Shown here: positions 1 through 8,680 of the stretch, one piece after another
How the letters are laid out: each line of letters begins with the position of its first letter
Position numbering within the stretch: position 1 is the first letter of the stretch
Virus record (IMG/VR): IMGVR_UViG_3300006127_000089
Span: 1-24,963 of that record
Reading direction: 5' to 3' (one strand)
From: a virus
Lineage: Duplodnaviria; Caudoviricetes
DNA length: 24,963 nt
Made by a program: the position numbers and the translations under genes
Notes under the pieces: generated by a model
The model's input: the letters and a program-made list of their open reading frames with translations, nothing else
Database searches by the model: none
Told to the model about the DNA's origin: nothing

Positions 1-1023
1 GTCAAAGAATCCTGCACCAAATATGTCAGGATTCATGTGTGAGGGAGTATTTACAGTGATCAAATGATGTCCTATTTCTCGTGACTGTCTGTGCCCATTG
101 ATGTATTCAATCAGTGCCGGTATGCTGGGCACAGACAAGGCCGATATGACCTGATTGATGTTCAGAGTGATCCAACGCTCTTTTACCAAGTATTCGAAAT
201 TTTCTCGCCATTGGTCAAGATTCAATCCGTGTCTGATATACTCCTGTTCTGGCCCCCAACAATCAATACTGGCTGTGAGATCAAAACGTTTGATTTTTCT
301 AGTGGCCACTAGTTCACGTATGCGGGCGATGTAGTTTTTGAACTTTTCTGGTGCTATCATAAGATTACTGATAATATTAAATTCTAATTCAGCATTTTTA
401 TGATTGTACAGGAAATCCATACAGGTGTCAAATTGTCGTTGATAAAAAGGTTCTCCTCCCAGGATATGAAATCTGCGCACAGTGCTGTAGTGCTGATCCA
501 TCCAGATCCAAAATTCTTCAGTGAGTCTATCTTTCTCCAGATGTGGTTGGCTGATGTTGTCAATTACCAATCCGTTTTTTTCAAAACGACCATACCGACT
601 ATTTTCCTGCTGTATACGGCTACTGAATCGGTCTTCGCAATAGATACAGCTCATGTTGCATACATTGTCAAAGTAAACTTCTACTATGCGCGGAGTTACT
701 TTAGTAGCTTGCAAATCCAATTCTAATTCCGGCGGTGTTAAGTCAGGCACATTGAGTTGCATAATGCGATCGCTGACTCCACCGGCGTCTTCAATTTTCT
801 TGCAGTACTCGCAACCGCCTTGAGGCCATTGTCCTTGTAGCATGAGTTCTCTGTCGGCTATCTTTTTAGGTGTGTTGTGAAAATCTGCAAAGGTATCAAC
901 AGTCAGATCGGAACGGTTTACTCGATGGCAACTGTTGGTTTGACCGTTGTAAAGATAGATACTACTCCAGGTCCACTTGAGCTGGCAAGCTGTTTCAGAC
1001 TGTATGGGGAAATACTTATTCAT
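1..1023 (-). CDS. Radical SAM protein with N-terminal Twitch-like Cys module (rSAM-A); runs off the left edge, 3' end missing
   Basis: Not in the ORF track. Manual translation from ATG 1023 gives MNKYFPIQSETACQLKWTWS...NSCHR...GGCEYCKKIE...FDNVCNMSCIYCEDRFSS...FHILGGEPF...TASIDCWGPEQEYIRHG..W, with no stop in 341 codons. CxxxCxxC and GGEP motifs are present. The start overlaps the upstream stop (ATGAATAA). Confidence 0.9.
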   Translation of the reverse strand, partial: MNKYFPIQSETACQLKWTWSSIYLYNGQTNSCHRVNRSDLTVDTFADFHNTPKKIADRELMLQGQWPQGGCEYCKKIEDAGGVSDRIMQLNVPDLTPPELELDLQATKVTPRIVEVYFDNVCNMSCIYCEDRFSSRIQQENSRYGRFEKNGLVIDNISQPHLEKDRLTEEFWIWMDQHYSTVRRFHILGGEPFYQRQFDTCMDFLYNHKNAELEFNIISNLMIAPEKFKNYIARIRELVATRKIKRFDLTASIDCWGPEQEYIRHGLNLDQWRENFEYLVKERWITLNINQVISALSVPSIPALIEYINGHRQSREIGHHLITVNTPSHMNPDIFGAGFFD

Positions 1024-2119
1024 TTAGCCAATTTATAAAATGTGCAGGAAAATTTTGCAGATCTAAATTTCTTAAATCTGCGAAACGATAAAGATACTGT
1101 CGTAGTTTTTGTTTCTGTTCAACTGTGTGCTCCGCCTTGAGAGTATCTGACAGGTCTGGCATTAGATCGTTGTATAGAGCCTTGCTTGTAGGATCCAAAA
1201 CACTGGCACTGAGATAGTCTGGATCATTGCAGTAGTTGATTATGTCGTGGCCTGTGCCAAACTCTGCGCGAAACTGTTGCAGGCCATGCACGGTCAAATT
1301 GCTTACCACTGTGCAAAATTTATATTTGAATCGACTGCGAATCAATTCTAAGTTTTGCAAAAATCTATTCCAGGTGTTGCCATATCTGTTGAATTGATAA
1401 AGTTGACCTATGTTTTCGGCACTGACCGTAAAGGTCACAGAGTCAGGCAAGCTATCCAACACACGTTTCAACCGACGAGTATCGACTCCTAGGCCAGTGA
1501 ATATGTCCACCGGCGCGGTAAAGTCTGCCACTAGTTCAGACAGTCCATTGTATAGAAATGGCTCACCGCCGGTGATTTCAATCTGCCGGGCAGTTTTGAT
1601 GTTGCGTATTTCATCCAGGATCAGTTGATAACTGTTGCTGGTTTTTATGGCATTTTGCCCCAATTTCAAAACTATACGATCATTGTTGTTGATTTCAAAT
1701 CGGGTGTCGGGCAGATAAGGTCCGTTGGCTTCAATGTCACGCAACCAAGCTGTGCTGTATTGTTTGGTGCAGTAACTACAGGTCAAATTGCAATCACTTC
1801 CCAGATTGATGTGTAGCGTGGTTGGGTCAGCCACCACATGTGTTGGCTGGTAGGATTTCATCACAGTGCGTCGACTGGGCAGGCCAACACGTTCGGCTTT
1901 CCAACAGGTATCTTCACAGCTGGCCACCGGCTGATTGGCCAACATTTGTTCACGTTCGGTCTGTAGTGACTTGGTATTGAACAGTTGCCCAGGATTATCA
2001 CGCAACCAGGCCATATCAATTTTTTCTGGAGTAGCTGCACAACAAGACGCTACGGAACGACGTTCGGGTTCCACGGTCAACCACCAGAATTTTTGTGAGC
2101 AATAATAATTATCAATCAT
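1016..2119 (-). CDS. Radical SAM protein with N-terminal Twitch-like Cys module (rSAM-B)
   Basis: CNLTCSYC and ITGGEP; N-terminal YCSQKFW / SCCAA / SCEDTCW. Start moved from 2128 to ATG 2119, which forms an ATGA overlap with the upstream stop. Confidence 0.9.
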   Translation of the reverse strand: MIDNYYCSQKFWWLTVEPERRSVASCCAATPEKIDMAWLRDNPGQLFNTKSLQTEREQMLANQPVASCEDTCWKAERVGLPSRRTVMKSYQPTHVVADPTTLHINLGSDCNLTCSYCTKQYSTAWLRDIEANGPYLPDTRFEINNNDRIVLKLGQNAIKTSNSYQLILDEIRNIKTARQIEITGGEPFLYNGLSELVADFTAPVDIFTGLGVDTRRLKRVLDSLPDSVTFTVSAENIGQLYQFNRYGNTWNRFLQNLELIRSRFKYKFCTVVSNLTVHGLQQFRAEFGTGHDIINYCNDPDYLSASVLDPTSKALYNDLMPDLSDTLKAEHTVEQKQKLRQYLYRFADLRNLDLQNFPAHFINWLNE

Positions 2120-2991
2120 ACAAAGCACACTTGTCTTACATGTTGCCGTTGGGATATTTCTTTGATCAATTGATCTCTAGGCATGGTTTCAATCAACCTG
2201 GCCACAGGCAGGCGATATGGTTTCACCGCCGGACTGTCAAAGTCGGATATTCCACGACGATCAAAAAAATCAAAGTGTTTTAAAAAATATTCTTTTATTT
2301 TGTCTAATCTGTTTTCAACATCCAAGTCGGATTCTTCAAACATGCGCACAACAAAATCGGCTGAGTAGTGTGAAAATGGTTTGAATGCCTCGTCAGCTAT
2401 GTAGTTATCATTGTCGTTGGCAAGGTCTTCTACTGTTTTACCTATTTCGCAATAGTTCATACAAATGGTTCCAAATGGCGTGGATAACTTTCCGTACTCT
2501 TGTATCAGTTCCAGATCTAAGGTTTGTGTCTTGGGCAGGCCAAACCAGGTGCATACAAACCTGGGACGACTGCCTTTGCTTGCTGTTTCACAACGATGCA
2601 CCGCCAAATTCAAATTGGCCAGAGCCCGACGCACCTGAGCTGGAGCACGGTGCCAGAATTCGTGATCTTGTTGATCCAACAGACCATGATACTCTTCAAA
2701 TATATGGTGCAGATAATTCAGACAATCTTGGTCATCAACTGTGGTAAATTCTCGTTCAATGATTGGTTCAAAATCATTGATTACTGCAATACAATGCGTG
2801 ATGAATGCTGTGGCTCGAGCAATTTCCTCTTCCGGAGAATTGAATCCATAAAATCTTTTGGCATCATCCAATGCATAGGCATCACGCAACCGCATGCGTT
2901 CTACCCATAGTTTGGCCACAGGAGTGTCTAGTACCTGGAAATGTAATTTGAATTGGTCAAACCCTAGTTCTATGCATAGTTGCATGTGCAT
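2116..2991 (-). CDS. Hypothetical 291-aa protein coupled to rSAM-B, possibly His/Glu metal-binding
   Basis: Long ORF that fits the operon packing, with an ATGA overlap onto rSAM-B. Helical motifs LNYLHHIFE and LNLAVHRCE. No family recognised. Start could be 2991 or 2985. Confidence 0.75.
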   Translation of the reverse strand: MHMQLCIELGFDQFKLHFQVLDTPVAKLWVERMRLRDAYALDDAKRFYGFNSPEEEIARATAFITHCIAVINDFEPIIEREFTTVDDQDCLNYLHHIFEEYHGLLDQQDHEFWHRAPAQVRRALANLNLAVHRCETASKGSRPRFVCTWFGLPKTQTLDLELIQEYGKLSTPFGTICMNYCEIGKTVEDLANDNDNYIADEAFKPFSHYSADFVVRMFEESDLDVENRLDKIKEYFLKHFDFFDRRGISDFDSPAVKPYRLPVARLIETMPRDQLIKEISQRQHVRQVCFV

Positions 2992-3009
2992 TACCGTGCT
3001 TTGGATTAT

Positions 3010-3267
3010 TCAATAATCCGTGTCGTCTTCCCAGTCTTTGTCCTCATCATCATCTTCGTCCTCATCGTCTTCAACATGGTCTTTGAGATAGTGTGCCAGG
3101 GCACCTTTGACGTCTGAGTCGCCTTTGAATGCATCTTTGATCTCGTCAGCAGATATATCGTTATCGATTAAGACCGAAACCATGGCTTCTGCAGCTTCGT
3201 CACGATCTACCTTGTTTACATAACGTTTAAGTTCTGCCCAAATTTCGCTCGCTAAATCTACTGACAT
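3010..3267 (-). CDS. Small highly acidic protein (85 aa)
   Basis: Starts 1 nt after the uvsX stop with a GAGGA Shine-Dalgarno-like motif. Hand count 31 D/E versus 9 K/R; D/E-rich tail. Confidence 0.8.
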   Translation of the reverse strand: MSVDLASEIWAELKRYVNKVDRDEAAEAMVSVLIDNDISADEIKDAFKGDSDVKGALAHYLKDHVEDDEDEDDDEDKDWEDDTDY

Positions 3268-3268
3268 A

Positions 3269-4327
3269 TTATTCCTCCGTTGCTGTTTCTTCTGTACTTA
3301 CCGTTTCCTTCTGATTGGAAAAATCGGCCATGACCTTGTCTAAACAACCGTCTTCGTTGGACTCCCAGGCCTTGCGGAACTGTTTGATGATCTCACCATC
3401 TGACGTTACAAACATCAAACGATTGCCGTCTTTCTTAAGTAGTCCTTTTTTCTCAGCCAAGTCAGTTAGACCACTGTAGGGATTCATGCCTGTTTCGTAT
3501 GGAATCTTGACCTGCACACCTTCGAACGGTTTGGCATAGCGTGTTTTCATGACCTTGCAACCGGCGCGGATGCCCATGACTTCGCTAATCTTGTTGCCAT
3601 CCTCATCTTCTTTGAGTTTCATTTTCTTCATGGCTACCACAATACTGCTTGCGTAGATAAAGCCCTGACCTCCAGAAATTTTATCATCTGGATCAAACAT
3701 GTCTTGACTAGCATAGGTATGGTTGGTACACACAAGTCCTACGTTATAGCTACCAAACATGTTGACACAGTTCCGAACCAAGGCTGTAAGTGCCTTGGGC
3801 TTGCGACCCAAGTCGCCCTTCATTTCACCGGCATCAAACTGGTTCACGTCTGTGGGCGTCAACAACATGCCTAGACTGTCAATGATAAACATGACTTTTG
3901 GACGCTCGCCATCTGGAAGTGCTTTGTAGTCGGCCATGAATGTGCTAATTGTTTTGGCCACATCATCGATCATGGCCATTGAAATTTTCAGTAACTTGCT
4001 TTCGTCAGTATCAACACCCAAGGCCTTGAGCCAATCTTCGTCCAGCGCATTTTCACTGTCAATCAAGATAACAAAGATACCTTGTTGCTGTGCGTTACGA
4101 GCAATGTTGCCTGAGCAGATATAGCTCTTGCCTGCTCCAGACTCACCTGCAAACACAGTGACCTTGCCAAGGGGAATGCCCTTGTTGAAGTCGCCCGAGA
4201 TAAGATAGTTCAAGGCATAATTGCCTGTTGAAATCCAGTCAGTGGGATCGTTGAATCCAATACTGAGACCGTCGATGCTTTTGGTGATATCCTTGCGGAA
4301 TTTTGATACGTCAAATGGTTTGGCCAT
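3269..4327 (-). CDS. uvsX: UvsX/RecA-like recombinase
   Basis: ISTGNYALN, Walker A GESGAGKS, LIDSENA, Walker B FIIDSLG, NHTY and SGG.G..YASS motifs typical of the RecA/UvsX family; phage context near gp32. Confidence 0.92.
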   Translation of the reverse strand: MAKPFDVSKFRKDITKSIDGLSIGFNDPTDWISTGNYALNYLISGDFNKGIPLGKVTVFAGESGAGKSYICSGNIARNAQQQGIFVILIDSENALDEDWLKALGVDTDESKLLKISMAMIDDVAKTISTFMADYKALPDGERPKVMFIIDSLGMLLTPTDVNQFDAGEMKGDLGRKPKALTALVRNCVNMFGSYNVGLVCTNHTYASQDMFDPDDKISGGQGFIYASSIVVAMKKMKLKEDEDGNKISEVMGIRAGCKVMKTRYAKPFEGVQVKIPYETGMNPYSGLTDLAEKKGLLKKDGNRLMFVTSDGEIIKQFRKAWESNEDGCLDKVMADFSNQKETVSTEETATEE

Positions 4328-4329
4328 GA

Positions 4330-5484
4330 TTACTTTCCTTCTTTAAGTTTGTATAATTCTGTAAAAATCTCACTGCTGTCTACTCCACGTCTCTGATCCA
4401 TCTGAGACAACTGCTCAAAAGATCTAGACAAATTCTGTTCAATTGGTTCTTGTAAGTAATGCAACATGTTTCGATAACTGTCTTCCAACAAGTATCCCGG
4501 CTGTTCGGCAATACGCGATTCCAATTTAGTCTTTAGCAAGTTTAACACATGATTTGGTAAATGTCTAATATTTAGGTAGTCTGGTTCAAGCAAGGCACCA
4601 ATTACAAAGCTGTTGTTGTGAAATCCTAGACCTTTCAAATAATCCACACAGTCAAATATGGTATCATAGTTCAATAAGAACCACAACATGTTAAAACTGA
4701 TTCGATGATCCAGGTTACGTATGCGATCCAAATTTTCACCAAAGTCCGACCAAGATCCTCCAAAGCGTATGTACTCAAATTGTTCTGCTAAACTTTCTAC
4801 ACTCACAGTCCAATGTACATTTTGAAATTCGCACAGTCGATCAAACACCCCAGTATCAACCTTGCTGAGATTAGTGTTTATCCTAAGATTCACGTCGGGG
4901 TTAAGTTTTGCCAGCAGTTCTAGATTTTGTTTCATCAACAATGGTTCACCACCGGCTAGATAAACATGTTTTAAATCGTGGGCATGCTCATAGATATACT
5001 GTGTAAAGTTTTGTTGTTGAGCATCGCTCGGTCGATCTATTACAACTCCCAATTCGTCGGCCCATCGACTGCTGAATTCTGGACTACAATACACACAGGC
5101 CAGATTACAGGTGTTGGTCCAACGTACATCAATGGTTTGTAGATCATGCTGTCCTGGTTGATATAGATCTACCGGAGTTTGTTTGAATTCTTTGATGTAG
5201 AAAATCCTATCACTGATAATGTCAAATCCGCGCTTGCCATGTTCGAGATCATAGCAAGTATGACAACCAGTGGCCGGATTGCCTGTGACTATGTTTTGTT
5301 GTTTGGTCGCGTTGGTTGTACCCAATAGGATCTGCTCAATGGGCTGGTCCTTGATATTGCCCAAAGCTCCTGTTTTGGTATCACTACGGATACAGTTTTT
5401 TACTGTGCCATCAAAGTTGTACATGAGCCCGGTCCAGGGCATGGGACAAAAATATGGATTGGTCAGCATGTCTTTGGGTGTCAT
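4330..5484 (-). CDS. Radical SAM protein with N-terminal Twitch-like Cys module (rSAM-C)
   Basis: CNLACVYC, AGGEP, NTN, FEYIRFGGSW; N-terminal FCPMPW / NCIRS / GCHTCY. Start moved to ATG 5484 (MTPKD), an ATGA overlap with the SDR stop. Confidence 0.9.
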   Translation of the reverse strand: MTPKDMLTNPYFCPMPWTGLMYNFDGTVKNCIRSDTKTGALGNIKDQPIEQILLGTTNATKQQNIVTGNPATGCHTCYDLEHGKRGFDIISDRIFYIKEFKQTPVDLYQPGQHDLQTIDVRWTNTCNLACVYCSPEFSSRWADELGVVIDRPSDAQQQNFTQYIYEHAHDLKHVYLAGGEPLLMKQNLELLAKLNPDVNLRINTNLSKVDTGVFDRLCEFQNVHWTVSVESLAEQFEYIRFGGSWSDFGENLDRIRNLDHRISFNMLWFLLNYDTIFDCVDYLKGLGFHNNSFVIGALLEPDYLNIRHLPNHVLNLLKTKLESRIAEQPGYLLEDSYRNMLHYLQEPIEQNLSRSFEQLSQMDQRRGVDSSEIFTELYKLKEGK

Positions 5485-6014
5485 GCTGGCCCCAACGATA
5501 TGTCTGGAATACGCAGGCCATTGCGCTCGGCCATGTTCCAAAGATCTAGCAAGGTCCTGGCCCAGTTGTTAACATCAGCAGCCGGTGGTACTGTTTTGTC
5601 AGCGGTGGTGGCTATATTGCCCGGTCTTACCAAGATAATCTTCACGCCCAGTCGACGGTTACGCAACTGCTGTACAGCCTGCTCCAGGGCCAATTTTTGT
5701 ATTCTATACTGGTCCAATGACATGTCAAATGCCGTTGGGTCTTGCGTCATTTGTGTGCTAATAACTATGATGCGTTTACCGGTTCCAGCCCAGCGTTGAG
5801 CCATCTCAAACAACAGTTCAGTCTGTGCAAATCCAGCCTGTGCATTGTTCACAAACACGTCGCAGGGTTCAATCTGATCGCAAATCTTAGGTGTATTGCG
5901 TATGTTGTTGCCTTCACGCTGACTGAGTCCCACCACTTGGTGTCCGTCCAAGCGGTATTCCTCTGCCAAGGCCTGTCCAATGCCGGCTGTGTGTCCGGTA
6001 ATTGCTATCTTCAT
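5481..6014 (-). CDS. Short-chain dehydrogenase/reductase (SDR), compact 177 aa
   Basis: TGHTAGIG (TGxxxGxG Rossmann motif), VFVNNAQ (NNAG-like), catalytic YRIQK (YxxxK), VRPG. Confidence 0.88.
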   Translation of the reverse strand: MKIAITGHTAGIGQALAEEYRLDGHQVVGLSQREGNNIRNTPKICDQIEPCDVFVNNAQAGFAQTELLFEMAQRWAGTGKRIIVISTQMTQDPTAFDMSLDQYRIQKLALEQAVQQLRNRRLGVKIILVRPGNIATTADKTVPPAADVNNWARTLLDLWNMAERNGLRIPDISLGPA

Positions 6015-7051
6015 AATATGTTGCCCAGTTCTGGAAAAGTCTTCACAAATGATTGGTTTCTCTGTTGATCCAGCTCATTGGTGACTTTAAAAAATGTTTG
6101 CTTCCAATCATCGTGTGCTGTGCTAGATACTATATTATCAAATATTGTAGTTGGCAAAGTATTTTTGACATCAACAGGTATAGATTTGATAGAATAGATC
6201 CAGGGATCCAACAGTATGTTAAAATTGACCTGACCCAGACCGCGTCCAATGGCCCAGTCCTTGAATACCTGGGCACGTTGCCAAGTAAACACACTGACTG
6301 TGAAATTCACAGTTATCTTGACATTGGAAGAGATTTGAAGTAGCAAAAATTTATCTAGATTGGCATTGACCACCGACCACTTTAAGGGCCACCGGTTATA
6401 TTCAAATCTAGATTCTATGTCGTCAAGGCTTATGGTGATTTCAACCTGTCTGAATTGTTGCAACAGCTCGATCAATCGCGAAGGCCAAAGACTGCCATTG
6501 GTATTGTAGCGTATTTTGACCAGATCCTGGCGATCCAGTGCTATAATTTGTTCCAATAGTGCTGTTTGTTCTGGTACAGCATTGGCCCAGGGTTCGCCAC
6601 CGCCAAAGTCCAACTGCAATACATGATCGGCACGGTTCATGGCTTCGGTCCACACGGTGGATTCTGTCGTAGGCTGTGACCATGTCGGTACGATTTTTTG
6701 CCACATGGTGCTGCTGTCAGGACCGCATATCCTGCAGGCGGCATTGCACACATCACCAATGGCCGCATCAATTTTGACGTACTCTGGATCCAGCTGAGAA
6801 TAGATCTGATCTATTCTGTTGTCTGTTTGTCGTTTGCTTACCAACCCAATGGATTCCTTATCCCAACAGCGTTGACAAAAAATATTGGCAATGTCATTGT
6901 TATTGTCTTCGGTCAACTGCTGATATTCTTGTGTTTGTTTCATTGCCACAACAGATTGAGATCTTGGAAAACCTATCATGTTGTTGCAGGGCGTGACATG
7001 CCCGGTAGCAGTCCAACTGATATTACGAAAAGGATTAACACACAGGGTCAT
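6011..7051 (-). CDS. Radical SAM protein with N-terminal Twitch-like Cys module (rSAM-D)
   Basis: CNAACRIC, GGGEP, NTNG, SLDD...FEYNRWP; N-terminal LCVNPF / PCNN / FCQRCW. ATGA overlaps at both ends. Confidence 0.9.
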   Translation of the reverse strand: MTLCVNPFRNISWTATGHVTPCNNMIGFPRSQSVVAMKQTQEYQQLTEDNNNDIANIFCQRCWDKESIGLVSKRQTDNRIDQIYSQLDPEYVKIDAAIGDVCNAACRICGPDSSTMWQKIVPTWSQPTTESTVWTEAMNRADHVLQLDFGGGEPWANAVPEQTALLEQIIALDRQDLVKIRYNTNGSLWPSRLIELLQQFRQVEITISLDDIESRFEYNRWPLKWSVVNANLDKFLLLQISSNVKITVNFTVSVFTWQRAQVFKDWAIGRGLGQVNFNILLDPWIYSIKSIPVDVKNTLPTTIFDNIVSSTAHDDWKQTFFKVTNELDQQRNQSFVKTFPELGNIL

Positions 7052-7608
7052 TGATAGGTGGCCACTTCGTCGCGAATAATTTCTAAATACTCAGGGTCAA
7101 TGGTCAACTGTCGTTGACGTGCCCAAGCTACAACAGATCCGTCTAGTAAGGATTCAAACGGTAGTATGTCGTCTGATTCCAATATGTTTGCTCGAGACCA
7201 AGATCTATAGTCAGATTCAATCAGTTGATCTAGTTCGTTTTCTGTCAATCGTTCTTTGATCCGTTTTAAAATAGGATTTTCTGGTTGTGCAAGATTTTGT
7301 TCCCAATGTATTTTTTTAATGCGTTGATAGAACCAATCACGATCTGCGATAGTGACGCTGATCACCGATACCGGCTCAATGGTATTGTAATCAAAACCAC
7401 TCTGTCTATGACAGCCCAGCACTGAATGATGTTTAATCTTGTTCCATTCAATTATTTTATCTTGTTGCGACAACGTGTAAAACCCTGGCTGTTTTAACAA
7501 ACTGTCAGGGCTTACGGTCACATTGTTTTTGCGCTGTATTCCAACACCAGCAAACATGGATGCCAGAGTGTCGCCGAAACTACATGGGTAGTAATTTACT
7601 AACAACAC
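7048..7608 (-). CDS. Hypothetical 186-aa protein, possibly a degenerate sulfotransferase-like P-loop fold
   Basis: GTG start 11 nt after the gp32 stop; ATGA overlap onto rSAM-D. VNYYPCSFGDTL, VLGCH and LPFESL loosely resemble sulfotransferase YPxSGT, xxKTH and xxYEDL motifs. The ORF is likely real; the fold assignment is weak. Confidence 0.6.
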   Translation of the reverse strand: MLLVNYYPCSFGDTLASMFAGVGIQRKNNVTVSPDSLLKQPGFYTLSQQDKIIEWNKIKHHSVLGCHRQSGFDYNTIEPVSVISVTIADRDWFYQRIKKIHWEQNLAQPENPILKRIKERLTENELDQLIESDYRSWSRANILESDDILPFESLLDGSVVAWARQRQLTIDPEYLEIIRDEVATYQ

Positions 7609-7619
7609 TCTGGTTATCT

Positions 7620-8612
7620 TTACTGTTTCTGGCGAGCGCGGATCATGGCCAAGATGTCTTGAGCATTACCACTAGCAGCAGGTTTGGCTTCCACTGGTGC
7701 TGATGCCACTGCTGGCTCATCATCAAAGTCACTGGATGATGTGGCAACAGGTGCTGGCTTAGCCGCTGGTGCTGGAGCATCTTCGTCCACCGCTGGGGTG
7801 CTTGTTGCAACACCTGCAGGAGCATTTACTCCGGCTGGACGGAAATACTGTCCCCAACGCTCGGTATCGTAACTCTGACCATCAACCGATGCTTCAAACA
7901 TCTCTTTGATGACCTTGAGTTCAACTTCGCCAGGCTTCTTGGGCAAGAATGTGCTCAGATCAAAAAGGCCATATTGATCAACAGCTGCCTGTTCGGCTTC
8001 GGTGAGTGCTGTTTCTTTGCGTGCCCACTTGCTTCCGTTGTAGTCAGCGAAACCGCCTTTGCTTCCTTTGCTGATACGGAAGTCCAGGCCACGCAGGTAG
8101 TCGGTTGGCAATTCTTCCAGTTCAGGATCCATTAAGGCTCCTTTGATGGTAGTAAAGATCTGAGGACCAATGATGAAGCGACGGATCGGATTCTCTGGAG
8201 TCTTGTCATCGCCGAGTGGATTCTCACGTACAAAGCCTTGGAAAATATATGAACGTTTTTTCCAATACTTGCGACCCATTTCTTCTAGTGCCTTGTCTTT
8301 GAACCAGGTACGGACTTCGGTAAGCACTGGGCAGGTCTCGCCCCACATTTCCACGCAAGGTACTTGTACGTACACCTGTTTGGATTCCATCTCACCTTTG
8401 ATGCCATTGAATGGCAAACGGATCATGGCTCGTTCTTGCCAAAAGAATGTGTTCTTGGTATTTCCATCTGGAAGGAAGCGTAAGGTACATGATTGACCTT
8501 CTTCCATGTTCCAATGCGGGTAAATTGAATTGTCACCGCCTGTGGAGTTGTTACCGCCTTGTTTTGATTCGCTAGCGGCCAGTCGTGCGCGAATTTCTGC
8601 TAAAGATGCCAT
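7620..8612 (-). CDS. 32: T4 gp32-like single-stranded DNA-binding protein
   Basis: LRFLPDGN, PCVEMWGETCPV, YWKKRSY, G.DFRISK...GGFADY..SKW motifs characteristic of the gp32 family; Pro/Ala-rich acidic tail; adjacent to the UvsX region. Confidence 0.85.
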   Translation of the reverse strand: MASLAEIRARLAASESKQGGNNSTGGDNSIYPHWNMEEGQSCTLRFLPDGNTKNTFFWQERAMIRLPFNGIKGEMESKQVYVQVPCVEMWGETCPVLTEVRTWFKDKALEEMGRKYWKKRSYIFQGFVRENPLGDDKTPENPIRRFIIGPQIFTTIKGALMDPELEELPTDYLRGLDFRISKGSKGGFADYNGSKWARKETALTEAEQAAVDQYGLFDLSTFLPKKPGEVELKVIKEMFEASVDGQSYDTERWGQYFRPAGVNAPAGVATSTPAVDEDAPAPAAKPAPVATSSSDFDDEPAVASAPVEAKPAASGNAQDILAMIRARQKQ

Positions 8613-8616
8613 AATA

Positions 8617-8672
8617 GTTGCCTTTCAAGTTTTATGGTTGTTGCCTATCTAAATTTTAGATTCTAGTTGCCT
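8617..8672 (-). repeat. Three AGGCAAC direct repeats in the gp32 leader
   Basis: Plus-strand gttgcct at 8617-8623, 8640-8646 and 8666-8672; the last copy on the mRNA ends 4 nt before the gp32 ATG. Confidence 0.85.
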
Positions 8673-8680
8673 GTGATGCC

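Noticed and set aside
5485-5541. N-terminal extension of rSAM-C given in the ORF track
   Set aside because: It overlaps the SDR by 61 nt. ATG 5484 gives an ATGA coupling and places the first Cys near the N-terminus, as in the paralogues.
8617-8672. Mini CRISPR array or tRNA in the gp32 leader
   Set aside because: The repeats are only 7-9 nt with 16-19 nt gaps, there are no cas genes, and no cloverleaf or T-loop motif is visible.
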